The notes: generated by a model not told the origin, from the letters alone. 63,759 nt of DNA, filler included, from Phoronis australis (GCA_002633005.1; 7 parts of 7 records of this genome joined end to end with filler, not necessarily neighbours in it); one strand, 5' to 3'. Shown: positions 28,094 through 39,873, numbered from the whole stretch's first letter. A program made the numbers and translations.

Positions 28094-31000
28094 GGACCAT
28101 AGGCCTTTAACTTGGCGTCACACGTAACGGATTGGCGGGTCAGCGTATGTCAGCGCATGACAAGTTATTGAGAAAAGACTCTCCTACGCAGAGCGTTTTT
28201 GATTGGCCGGTTGAGTTAGACCGTTCCTCAACAAAACTCGACCGTTAGCCGGTTAAGCGCTGCCATACGGGCTTGAATGGAGAGCTGCTTAGGAACAACG
28301 ACTGCTGTCCCAGGCCAGCGCGGAACACACTCCGTCGCCTCACGAACATTCACTTCGGTAGTGCGCCCTGTGCCGCTCTGCCTTTCTTTCGTTCACCTGC
28401 ACGTGAGCGTAAATGCAAGGCACTCGCAGTATGTCCCGGGATTGAGTGCGACGTCATCGTTTATTCTGCCTGGTACATCGTGACGTCGCACACTTGTTCA
28501 CGTCACACTCTGCACGTTTTCGTACCCAGTGTTGACTCTACTCAACACTTCAAGTTCTGGCGCTGCAGCACTTTTGTCTACGACACCAATCGAGAAGAGC
28601 GACATTCTTCTTGTCTACAGCGCGCTTATCACAATGAACGACAGGTAACATGCTCCCAGACCCGGGTGAAAAGCTCATCAGAATTCCAGGAATATTTGCT
28701 AGCCAAACACATATTGCTGTTCGTTTGTTTGCCGTCGAATTAACATAATCTTCATTACTATTTTTATCTGTCGACTATCTCAGGATCCCACAGGAGGTGT
28801 GGGTGAGACACTCAATCATCGTTTTTGACTAGGAACGAGTCGGCGGGAGGACCACTGATGTGGGATGCCACGCAACATTCGTGCTGATATTGGAGAATTG
28901 TAGTGTGGAACTCCATTTGATCAATTAGAATTCTTGGCATGACAGTTTTTACTTAGAATTTTTAAAATATTTGACACGATGTAAAATCCGCATTCCCATT
29001 CTTCTTCGCTTGTTAAACATTCCTCAGTTAAATTCTAGTCGAATGCGTTGGCGGCACCCAGTCCCAGTAAGTCTGTCATACTTAAACAACATTTGTGTCA
29101 GGAGACGTGGTAAGAGAGACAACCGAAGTATACCAGATATTGACGATTCAAACCTAAAATAGTTACGTAGATTATCATATACCATCAGAAAAAATATGTC
29201 CATAGATACGCTAGGGTGTCACAAAAGAAAAGTTCAGATTATTATCAAAGAAAAGATATATTTCCACTACGATTCCACCGTAAAATAAAGTAATGCCGAG
29301 CTTTGATATGCACACACCGTATGGGATGCATACAGCAGAGATACAATAGAAGGTTATTTTGTACATTCCGATTAAACTTTGCAATGCCAGTAAAACATAA
29401 AATAGCTTTTATAGGGTGCACAACAAGTTAGAAATACTGTTTGTACCAGGAACACAACACTACCTTTCATCAAGATTCTTCAAGAACGTAAAAGGACACA
29501 AAAACAACAGAACGGTCACTGGGTGCGCAATGCAGGTCATATTTATTTCAAACAGGGACGTTGCTGTTGCCTACATGTAGTAACTTATTTGCCAAATTTC
29601 ATGAAAATCTTTAAAAGAACTTTGTAAGTTGCCGTCATCCTTTGTCACGTTCCTGGAAGTACACCCTTCAAATTTAGCAAAGGTCGTGCAAGAGTATTAG
29701 GCCGGGATACTACCACAGAGGAGAAGAAAAGTCTGCCACTAAGCGGTGCCACAGTAGTTGGAGTCATCTAAAAATAAACGTCATCTGTAGGAATACATAG
29801 GCCAATCTTGAGAATGGCTTGCCGGATGGAGCGTCTGACGCCAAAAACTCGAACATAATAAAAATGGTCACTAGGTGGCTTACAGTAAGTCGAATCTAAC
29901 TAAAAATTGACAGGTGTCATCGTCACTTTAATCAAAATCTATTTTCCAAATTATACAAAGATCCATAAACTAACTGAAAATGAAAAGAGAAAAACGTAAA
30001 TAAAATTGTCACTAGTGTGGCACAGTGGTAGTCGCGTTAATCCAAAAGTCATCGCCATCCGTTATCATTTTCATGGAAATACGAGTGCCAAATTTAGCCA
30101 TTTTCCTGCAAGGGGTTCATGAGATACAGCCGCGAATGCAAAAATGCCACCAGGAGGCGTCACCGTATTTAAAGCGGTCGGAAACCAACGTCAGTCGTCT
30201 TCTTCATAGTAGGAACACATATAACAAATTTCATCATTAATCATACATAGCGTGGTTTGACACAGTAGTCGAAGCTTTATTTCATGAAAACCCGACAAGG
30301 GACAAACTGTAATCGGTTCTGTCCGACTATTCGCTCATGCAGTCCCATCTATGATAGGAAAATGTCTCAAAATTTCACGAACATCCTTTTGGAGATATGG
30401 CAGAGGACGTATAAAAGATGAACGGGCGGACGGAATATAACGCAAGGACAACTTAAAGCGGAGGTTACAGTAAATGAGGTTTTCAATGTAGAAATAACCA
30501 GATAAGATGGAGTGGTGGTTTGATGCACATTGTTGCATCCCTTACATCCAAAAGGAAAACGGGTTGTGCTCCCTAAGCTGCAGGCTTTAAGAGAAATAAG
30601 AAACCAAAGAATCCTTCGCCGCAAACTGACATTGTCAGTTCCAAGCTTTGATTGAAGGAAACCCCGACTGAGGCGCTAGCGGCTAAAGCCTCTGGTGTGT
30701 TAGCGGTACTTGTGTCGTATGGGTGGCATCAGAGGAGCCAGCACCCCTACTGTGTTCAGGGAACTGGTGTCTCACTGCGATACAAACTAAACTACACACA
30801 TTATTGGGGATGATAGTAATGTACATCACATGTTATGGGTTCCTCTCACAATAACGACAAAGACGAGGAGCTTACCCTAACTTGGGTTCCAGCAATGTGG
30901 GTAATAAACAACTTTCAGAACCCATGCCAGAAAAGAAGTACTTGACTTGGGAATTCTTGTGCATCTTGATGAATCCATGATTGGCTAGCCAGTGATGTAC

Positions 31001-31104
31001 CATCATTGTCTGACCACATGTGTTTGAGGTTCAAGGTGAAAAAGGTATACAACACAGAATTAAAATAATCAAGAGATTCCGGCATACGTGAGGCCTAAAT
31101 ATGT

Positions 31105-31147
31105 TTGGATGGGAGACTTGCCTGGGAATACCGGGTGCTGTAGACTT
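31105..31147 (+). pseudogene. 5S rRNA 3' fragment (first, truncated array unit)
   Basis: TTGGATGGGAGACTTGCCTGGGAATACCGGGTGCTGTAGACTTTT, followed by the array spacer. Confidence 0.85.
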
Positions 31148-31915
31148 TTCCTTTTTGCCATTCTTCCGCGAGGCACACAACCTTTCGCGTCTCAAACGGA
31201 TTCACCTCGGTGGTGCGCGCCGTGCCGCTTTGTCTTTGCGTGAGCGGACAACAGTCGCAATATATCTCGGCATCGAATGAATTACATCATCCTTTATACT
31301 GCCTGGCACATCGTGACGTCGCCTGATTGCTCACATCACCCTCAGTTCGCTTACCTATCTATCGTTCACTGTTTGGTGGATATAGGAGGAACACTACAAT
31401 TAAATTAAAATTTCCCGATACATATTCACAGAGACTTAGGCCTTCTGGTGCCTGGCCCGATTTACAAGCCCAATCAACCAGAGGTCTCGCGAACTGCTTT
31501 TAACCTAGGAACCAATAAAACACAACTTCAACGAATCGGCATTAGAAACACAGGCAATGCAAATGTCTTTAAGAACGCTGACAAAAATTGGAGATCGTTT
31601 TCATCTTGGTGGCAGGCAAATTCAATTACGACCTCGCCGGAGTTTTTTCCTAGTCCATCGTTTCCGGACACTGCACCTCTCCTCGTACTGTCGACGCTCT
31701 TACGAAACGTTGGGGCCCCAGAGTCGTGTGCTCGAGCACATGACCGTCTAGGTGTAAACAAGGTGTGCTGGAAACTTCTGCACTCAACAACGGAGATCAC
31801 AGAACTGTACAGAATTATTGTACCCCCATGGGCTCTATTGTTTTTTCTCCAGTTTGGTTCGACAAGCAGAAATCCGTCCCGAACACGAAAAACCTGTTGC
31901 CACTGATCAGCTATC

Positions 31916-32036
31916 GTCTACGGCCATACCACGTTGACAACACTGGTTCTCGTCCGATCACCGAAGTAAAGCAACGTCGGGCCCGGGTAGCACTTAGATG
32001 GAAGACCTGCCTGGAAATTCCGGGTGCTCTAGACTT
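31916..32036 (+). rRNA. 5S rRNA gene (variant or possibly pseudogenic)
   Basis: GTCTACGGCCATACCACGTTG...CCGATCACCGAAGTAAAGCAACGTCGGGCCCGGGTAG...CGGGTGCTCTAGACTTTT with a Pol III T-run terminator. Confidence 0.9.
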
Positions 32037-32044
32037 TTAATTTT

Positions 32045-32245
32045 TGCCATTATCCCGCGGGGCACACACCCTTTCACGTCTCGAAGATTCACTTCGGTGG
32101 TGCGCGCTATGCCGTTCAACCTTTTTCTGCTTACCTCTATTTGTGGGTGGACGACAATCGAAATATAACTCGGAATCGATGGAATGACGTCATCCTTTAT
32201 ACTCCGTGACTCATCGTGACGTCGTCCGCTTGTTCACGTCACCCT
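32045..32245 (-). ncRNA. Candidate antisense small-RNA gene in the 5S spacer (spliced-leader-RNA-like; unproven)
   Basis: Minus strand: TGACGT motifs, TATAAAG (32201-32195), ~35-40 nt putative exon, GAG|GTAAGC donor (GT at 32134-32133), then a hairpin-forming segment. Repeated in other units. Confidence 0.3.
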
Positions 32246-32560
32246 CATTTCCCTTACCTATCCATCGTTCACTGTTCGGTGGATATAGGAGGCACGACAC
32301 AGTTAAAATAAATTATCGCGATACATAGTCACAGAGATCGACGTAAACCTAATGGTGCCTGGGCAGATTTGCAGGACCATTCAACCAAGAGGATTAGCAC
32401 GATCTTGCCTCGATGTTGTCTCACAAACTGCTTTTAACCTAGGAACCAGTAAAACACAGCTTCAGCGAATCGGCACTAGCTACACAGACATTGCAAATCT
32501 CTTTTGAGACGCTGACAAAAATTTGAGATCGTTTTCATCTTGGTGGCAAGAAAGTTCAAT

Positions 32561-34909
32561 AGCGGATTTGCAGCGCAGACGAACTACGCATTGCGCATGT
32601 GCGAGTTACTTCCTTCGCGAAGGCTCATGGGATAGCTTGTGGTCAGGCATGTCTTGAGCAGGCTGGTTAGTGTGTGCATTTGGAGTGATTTGCAAACTAA
32701 AAACCATGTTTCATTTTTTGCTTTATAATACCAAGCAAGTCCTCTCTNNNNNNNNNNNNNNNNNNNNNNNNNNNNNNNNNNNNNNNNNNNNNNNNNNNNN
32801 NNNNNNNNNNNNNNNNNNNNNNNNNNNNNNNNNNNNNNNNNNNNNNNNNNNNNNNNNNNNNNNNNNNNNNNNNNNNNNNNNNNNNNNNNNNNNNNNNNNN
32901 NNNNNNNNNNNNNNNNNNNNNNNNNNNNNNNNNNNNNNNNNNNNNNNNNNNNNNNNNNNNNNNNNNNNNNNNNNNNNNNNNNNNNNNNNNNNNNNNNNNN
33001 NNNNNNNNNNNNNNNNNNNNNNNNNNNNNNNNNNNNNNNNNNNNNNNNNNNNNNNNNNNNNNNNNNNNNNNNNNNNNNNNNNNNNNNNNNNNNNNNNNNN
33101 NNNNNNNNNNNNNNNNNNNNNNNNNNNNNNNNNNNNNNNNNNNNNNNNNNNNNNNNNNNNNNNNNNNNNNNNNNNNNNNNNNNNNNNNNNNNNNNNNNNN
33201 NNNNNNNNNNNNNNNNNNNNNNNNNNNNNNNNNNNNNNNNNNNNNNNNNNNNNNNNNNNNNNNNNNNNNNNNNNNNNNNNNNNNNNNNNNNNNNNNNNNN
33301 NNNNNNNNNNNNNNNNNNNNNNNNNNNNNNNNNNNNNNNNNNNNNNNNNNNNNNNNNNNNNNNNNNNNNNNNNNNNNNNNNNNNNNNNNNNNNNAATAGC
33401 GGATTTGCAGCGCAGACGAACTACGCATTGCGCATGTGCGAGTTACTTCCTTCGCGAAGGCTCATGGGATAGCTTGTGGTCAGGCATGTCTTGAGCAGGC
33501 TGGATAGTGTGTGCATTTGGAGTGATTTGCAAACTAAAAACCATGTTTCATTTTTTGCTTTATAATACCAAGCAAGGCCTCTCTCTCGTTTGTAAACACA
33601 GCGTAGCTATGATCAGTGACCGTGTGACCGAGAGCACGACTGTCGCCGTGTTCAGTATTGGGGTTATCGGCGTTGATTTCGAAATCTCCTCCTATTTCAG
33701 ACAAGTTGAGAGTTCTTGGGTTGCTTAACTTTTGTAGCTTTCGTCGTGGATATGGTAGAGACGTTAATTTTAAGTGAAAACTCCGTCGGAATGTTGTTCT
33801 CATCAGTCTTTTTTCCACCAGGAAAATGTTCGCTGCACATGCACACGATGGCCCCTAGGCAATTACATCGCACTGGATGCCGCAGGCATTCAGGGGCGAT
33901 AGTACATCCTCACAAAAAGTTACTCATTTCAAAATACAGCAAATAAAATCAAATGAACCCGGCATACATATAGGAACACGGAGTTATAATTAACACATAC
34001 CACGACTCTGGATACAATTTAGTCAGCAAAACTTGAACGAATCGATGAAAATCTGTTGCGGTTTGTTCGAGTTTCTCTCAGTCACGGTTACCGGGTGCCA
34101 TTTTGAGGAAGTTACGTGAAATTACGCATGTTGACGAATAAAAAGTCCAAGGGACACACATCTTACAAGTTTCACCCGATACCTTCTCATGCTATTTTAC
34201 AAGTGTCGCGCGCTAGCGTCACGCGCTTCGCTCAGTCTAACCTTGCGCCTAACTCACGGGATTCAGTTGACATGCTTTGTAGTTATCGCGCACGCGGTGA
34301 TAAAATTAACGGCAACCAAAAAAGTGGAGTTGTAATTCTTCGCCAAAGTCAACTTAATTGTCACAACTAAGCTTCATTAAAGATATGTATAGAAGTAGAA
34401 AGGACCAATGATGAAAGTAAGCGTTTTTTAAATGATAGTTTTAAGTGTAGAGTGTATTTTTGACGAGGTGAAAACTCGAAATCGGTAACCCAAATCCGGT
34501 CACGGCCCGTTTAAAATACACTGGAGTAACGAAATGAGTACAGAAAGCGAATGGAAGTATTGTAGCCCCTACATGGCCAACCGAGGGGCTACGTGTTGCC
34601 TACTAGATGGCCCCGCGTTCGTTTGAATGCGCTAAATTTCCCCTTACTCCCAGGTCTCCTAATGTTGTTTATCCATTTTTCACAAAGTTCTTGGTTTGCA
34701 GGGAACACATACAAACTCAGATTTTTATCTCTCTTGTTGTTTTTGAAGCAGCCAGGAACACAAGTGTATCCGCCGTAAGTTTTCTTCGCGCTCATACCGC
34801 GTATCTGATTATGCTTGTTACTATGGCCGCTTTCGGAATCCGTCCTGACCACAGCACCCACAATGCACCATTTTAACTAATTTCAATATGGCGTCGCTGC
34901 AAATCCGCT
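32561..34909 (-). mobile_element. Non-autonomous ISL2EU/Harbinger-type DNA transposon with a THAP-domain pseudo-ORF, inserted in the 5S spacer
   Basis: TIR AGCGGATTTGCAGCG...CGCTGCAAATCCGCT and 2-bp AT TSD (empty site TTCAATTACG in sister units). Decayed ORF YTCVPGCFKNNKRDKNLSLYVFP..W..NIRR..GH/RVCSEHFPGG..IPTEF plus a downstream DHSY motif. The left ~190 bp is duplicated across the N gap. Confidence 0.8.
33856..34605. mobile_element. Nested 750-bp insertion splitting the THAP ORF
   Basis: 9-bp direct repeat GATGGCCCC at 33847-33855 and 34606-34614. Short imperfect TIR TAGGCAA/TTGCCTA. Confidence 0.65.
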
Positions 34910-35195
34910 ATTACGACCTCGCCGGAATTATTTCCTTGTCCATCGTTTCCTGACACTGCACCTGTCCTCGTGCTGTCGACTCGCTTACGCAACGTTGGGG
35001 CCCCACCGTCGTGTGCTCGAGCACATGGCCGCCTAGTTGTAAACAAGTGTGCTGGAAACTTCTGCACTCAGCGAGATCACAGAACTGTACAGAACTATTG
35101 TACCCCCGTGGGGTTTAATTGTGTTTCTCCAGTCTGGCTCGACAAGCAGAAATCCGTCCTGAACACGGAAAACCTGTTGCCATTGATCAGCTATC

Positions 35196-35481
35196 GTCTA
35201 CAGCCATAACACGTTGGCAACACCGGCGGGCGTTCAGTAGACGCTAGGACCTACGCTAGGACCTACGCTAGGACCTAGCTAAAACCTAGTCGAAGTCACG
35301 TGCTCTCATTTAAAATGCAAGGCAATATCTCACGTAAGCTCGCGAAGACTTCCTTTTTAGCGAGGTCCCAGCGTTACTGAACGGGCGGCGGTTCTCGTCC
35401 GATCACGGAAGTAAAGCAACGTCGTACCCGAGTAGCACTTAGATGGAAGACCTGCCTGGGAATTCCGGGTGCTGTAGTCTT
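35196..35481 (+). pseudogene. 5S rRNA gene disrupted by a MITE
   Basis: 5S 5' part at 35196-35226 and 3' part at 35389-35481, separated by a ~162-bp TIR element. Confidence 0.85.
35227..35388. mobile_element. ~160-bp MITE inserted in 5S
   Basis: TIR GTTCAGTA.ACGCT.GGACCT / AGGTCCCAGCGTTACTGAAC with CGG flanking repeat. Same family as 47331-47460. Confidence 0.75.
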
Positions 35482-36306
35482 TTGCCTTTTTGTCATTATC
35501 CTGCGGGGCACACACCCTTTCGCGTCTCGAAGATTCACTTCGTTGGTGTGCACTGTGCCGTTCAACTTTTTTCCGCTTACCTCTCCGCGTGGGTGGACGA
35601 CAATCGAAATGTATCTCGGAATCGATGGAATGACGTCATCCTTTATACGGCGTGGCTCATCGTAACGTCGTCAGCTTCTTCACGTTACCCTCAGTTCTCT
35701 TACCTATCCATCGTTCACTGTTCGGTGGATATAGGAGGCACAACACAGTTAAAATAAATTATCGCGATACATAGTCACAGAGATCGACGTAAACCTAATC
35801 ATGATGGTGCCTGGGCAAATTTGCAGGACCAATCAACCAAGAGGATTAGCACCATCTGGCCTCGATGTTGTCTCACAAACTGCTTTTAACCTAGGAACCA
35901 GTGAAAGACAGCTTCAACGAATCGGCATTAGATACACAGACATTACAAATCTCCTTTGAAACGCTGAAAATTTTTTAGATAGATTTCTTCATCTTGATGG
36001 AAGGAAAGTTCAGTTACGAGTTCGCCGGAATTTGTACTCAGCCCATCGTTTCCTGACACTGCGCGATGAATGCACCTCGATTGTGCTGTCGACGCTCGTA
36101 AACAGCATTGGACCCACGGCGTCGTGTGTTCGGGCACATGTCCGCCTGGATGTGAACAAGGTGTGCAGCAAACTTTTCCACTCATCGCGATCACAGAACT
36201 GTGCAGAGCTGATGTACTCCAGGGGGCTTCGTATCTTCTCCGGTTAGGCTCGACTTGCAGAAATCCGTCCCAAACGCGGAAAACCTGTTGCAAGTGATCA
36301 GCTATC

Positions 36307-36427
36307 GTCTATGGCCATACTACGTTGACAACACCGGTTCCCGTTCGATCACCGAAGTAAAGCAACGTCGGGCCCGGGTAGCACTTGGATGGGAGACTTG
36401 CCTGGGAATTCCGGGTGCTGTAGTCTT
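36307..36427 (+). rRNA. 5S rRNA gene (variant)
   Basis: Full-length 5S-like sequence followed by a T-run. Confidence 0.88.
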
Positions 36428-37227
36428 TTCTTTTTGTCATTCTCCCGCGAGGCACATACCCTTTCGCGACTCGAAGATTCACTTCCGTGGCGCGCGCTGT
36501 GCCGTTTTGCATTATTCCGCTCACCTTTCCGCATGGTTGGAAGGCATTCGCAATATCATCTCGTCATCCAATGAAAGACGTCATCCTTTATACTGCCTAT
36601 CTCATCGTGACGTCGCCCGCTTGTTCACGTCAACCTCAGTTCCCTTAGCTATCCACAATTCGGTGGACATATAAGGCACACTACAGTTAAATTAAATTAA
36701 ATTATCCCGATACCGTTGGTGACCGGGCAGATTTGCAGGCCCAATCAACCGAGCGGATTAGCACGATCTCGCATGGATGAGGTCTCCCGAACTGCTTCTA
36801 ACCTAGGAACCAGTAAAACACAGCTTCAACGAATCGGCATTAGGAACACAAACATTACAACTCTCTTTTGGACGCTGACAAAAATTTGGCAGATTGATTT
36901 CTTCATCTTGGTGGCAGGAAAGTCCATTTACGAGCTCGCCGCAATTGGTAGGCCTACTCAGTCCATCGTTTCCTGACACTTTACGATGATAGCTCCTGTC
37001 CTCGTGCTGTCTACGATCGCACGCAACGTTGGGGTCTCGCCGTCGTGTGCTCGAGAGCATGACCGCCTAGGTATGAACAATGTGTGCAGGAAACTTCTAC
37101 TCTCAACGCGATCACATAACTGTACAGAACTGTTGCACTCCCTTGGGCTTTGCATATTCTCCGATTTTACTAGACTAGCTGAAATACGTCCCGAACGGGT
37201 AAAATCTGTTGACATGGATCACCTGTC

Positions 37228-37348
37228 GTCTAGAGCCATACCACGTTGACGACACCGGTTCTCTTCCGATCACCGACGTAAAGCAACGTCGAGCACGTTT
37301 AGTGTTTTGATGGGAGACTTGCCTGGGAATTTCGGGTGCTGTAGACTT
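37228..37348 (+). pseudogene. Degenerate 5S rRNA copy
   Basis: Full length, but with many substitutions in the internal control region and helices (GAGCACGTTTAGTGTTTTGATGG). Confidence 0.8.
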
Positions 37349-37516
37349 TTCCTTTTTGCCATTCTTCCGCGAGGCATACACCCTTTCGCGTCTCAAACGG
37401 ATTCACCTCGGTGGTGNNNNNNNNNNNNNNNNNNNNNNNNNNNNNNNNNNNNNNNNNNNNTTAATTAATTAANNNNNNNNNNNNNNNNNNNNNNNNNNNN
37501 NNNNNNNNNNNNNNNN

Positions 37517-39873
37517 CGATCGGATCGAAAAAGCAATTCAAGTCATTGCTCGTAAATTTGGAAAGATTGTCTTTGCATTTCCTTGATGCTTGCAGTTCCC
37601 AGTAGTATTGTGCAATGAATTTAGGTTCTTCTAAACCGAATCGTTTGCTTGACATTCCCGTGCATACTGCAAAGGCTGGACACGTCGTGACTCAGTGACG
37701 CACCCACGTTAAAAATAAGGTGTTGGCTGCCCGCGTAGAATCCGCGCACAGTGATTGACGGGAAAAGAACTTGGAACTGCAGGTGTTGAAGTGTGTGCAT
37801 TTTTGGGACACGCGTTCCATAGCATTTTCCCCAGCCGCCCGGCGGCAGAAGCTGGACCAGTGGCTGTGTTTCAACAGCTAAGGATTTCGGGGTCATATCT
37901 TTCAAAAAAATCTTCAGGAAATGACCGTATTAAAATCAAGAAACTGGGTCAAACAGAACGACCTTGGAGCCAGAACACGGGTATAGCGGGTTCGAGCTAA
38001 GCCGCACGTCTCAAATGAATCATAGCGGAGCTGACCAGCGACTAGCATTAGTTCTTCGAATTGCGCATGAATCATAGCGGAGCTGACCAGCGACTAGCAT
38101 TAGTTCGTCGAATTGCGCATGCATGGATCGGACTTCCCGGCGACTCGGACGCCACGACACCTGCCACCCGTGGCGGGAGCAGCTTATTTCTTGACTAACA
38201 CCTGCTTCTAAATCTGGATTTAAGCAAAATGACAAAGTCCACGCTTACACATATGCAAGCGTATCCAAATACAATTAAATGTATTTTCATGCGAGTTCTT
38301 AATTTTCTTAGATCTGCCCAATAAGGTAGAACTGCGTTTCAAGTCATTCGCTATAGGCACCGGAGGGTTCAAATTGGAAGTTCGCGTCGTATGACATCGT
38401 ATGACGTCATATGACGTAGGAGATGCGAGCCTCATTTGCATATATAAGTGACATCTGTTGGTTCAAAAAAGAGGATCATGCCCGAGTACATGCCTGGGAA
38501 GAGGCATCTTTTTAAGGGTAAAACAAGTCATGTTCAAAGCATCCTAGTGCCATTAATATGCAGTCTTTGGGGACCAAAGTGGTGTCNNNNNNNNNNNNNN
38601 NNNNNNNNNNNNNNNNNNNNNNNNNNNNNNNNNNNNNNNNNNNNNNNNNNNNNNNNNNNNNNNNNNNNNNNNNNNNNNNNNNNNNNNNNNNNNNNNNNNN
38701 NNNNNNNNNNNNNNNNNNNNNNNNNNNNNNNNNNNNNNNNNNNNNNNNNNNNNNNNNNNNNNNNNNNNNNNNNNNNNNNNNNNNNNNNNNNNNNNNNNNN
38801 NNNGACACCACTTTGGTCCCCAAAGACTGCATATTAATGGCACTAGGATGCTTTGAACATGACTTGTTTTACCCTTAAAAAGATGCCTCTTCCCAGGCAT
38901 GTACTCGGGCATGATCCTCTTTTTTGAACCAACAGATGTCACTTATATATGCAAATGAGGCTCGCATCTCCTACGTCATATGACGTCATACGATGTCATA
39001 CGACGCGAACTTCCAATTTGAACCCTCCGGTGCCTATAGCGAATGACTTGAAACGCAGTTCTACCTTATTGGGCAGATCTAAGAAAATTAAGAACTCGCA
39101 TGAAAATACATTTAATTGTATTTGGATACGCTTGCATATGTGTAAGCGTGGACTTTGTCATTTTGCTTAAATCCAGATTTAGAAGCAGGTGTTAGTCAAG
39201 AAATAAGCTGCTCCCGCCACGGGTGGCAGGTGTCGTGGCGTCCGAGTCGCCGGGAAGTCCGATCCATGCATGCGCAATTCGACGAACTAATGCTAGTCGC
39301 TGGTCAGCTCCGCTATGATTCATGCGCAATTCGAAGAACTAATGCTAGTCGCTGGTCAGCTCCGCTATGATTCATTTGAGACGTGCGGCTTAGCTCGAAC
39401 CCGCTATACCCGTGTTCTGGCTCCAAGGTCGTTCTGTTTGACCCAGTTTCTTGATTTTAATACGGTCATTTCCTGAAGATTTTTTTGAAAGATATGACCC
39501 CGAAATCCTTAGCTGTTGAAACACAGCCACTGGTCCAGCTTCTGCCGCCGGGCGGCTGGGGAAAATGCTATGGAACGCGTGTCCCAAAAATGCACACACT
39601 TCAACACCTGCAGTTCCAAGTTCTTTTCCCGTCAATCACTGTGCGCGGATTCTACGCGGGCAGCCAACACCTTATTTTTAACGTGGGTGCGTCACTGAGT
39701 CACGACGTGTCCAGCCTTTGCAGTATGCACGGGAATGTCAAGCAAACGATTCGGTTTAGAAGAACCTAAATTCATTGCACAATACTACTGGGAACTGCAA
39801 GCATCAAGGAAATGCAAAGACAATCTTTCCAAATTTACGAGCAATGACTTGAATTGCTTTTTCGATCCGATCG
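37517..39873. repeat. Perfect ~1070-bp inverted duplication (37517-38586 / 38804-39873) around an N gap
   Basis: The arms are reverse complements (mirrored ORF track). The left arm starts exactly at the scaffold start. Confidence 0.9.

Noticed and set aside
29500-30470. Repetitive-looking block with recurring GTCACTAG and CCAAATTT motifs (Helentron/HINE-like)
   Set aside because: Probably a repeat, but boundaries and class cannot be established by eye.
32325-32440. ACAGAGA and GATTAGCA motifs in the 5S spacer suggesting U6 snRNA
   Set aside because: The motifs are ~55 nt apart and the rest of the highly conserved U6 sequence is absent.
32495-32560. Minus-strand AATTTTTG plus hairpin resembling the Sm site and 3' end of U4
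   Set aside because: No upstream U4/U5/U1/U2 homology, and the hairpin is not preserved among units.
32558-33586. ~190-bp direct repeat flanking the 647-N gap, resembling LTRs
   Set aside because: Near-identical sequence either side of a gap is most simply an unmerged contig overlap.
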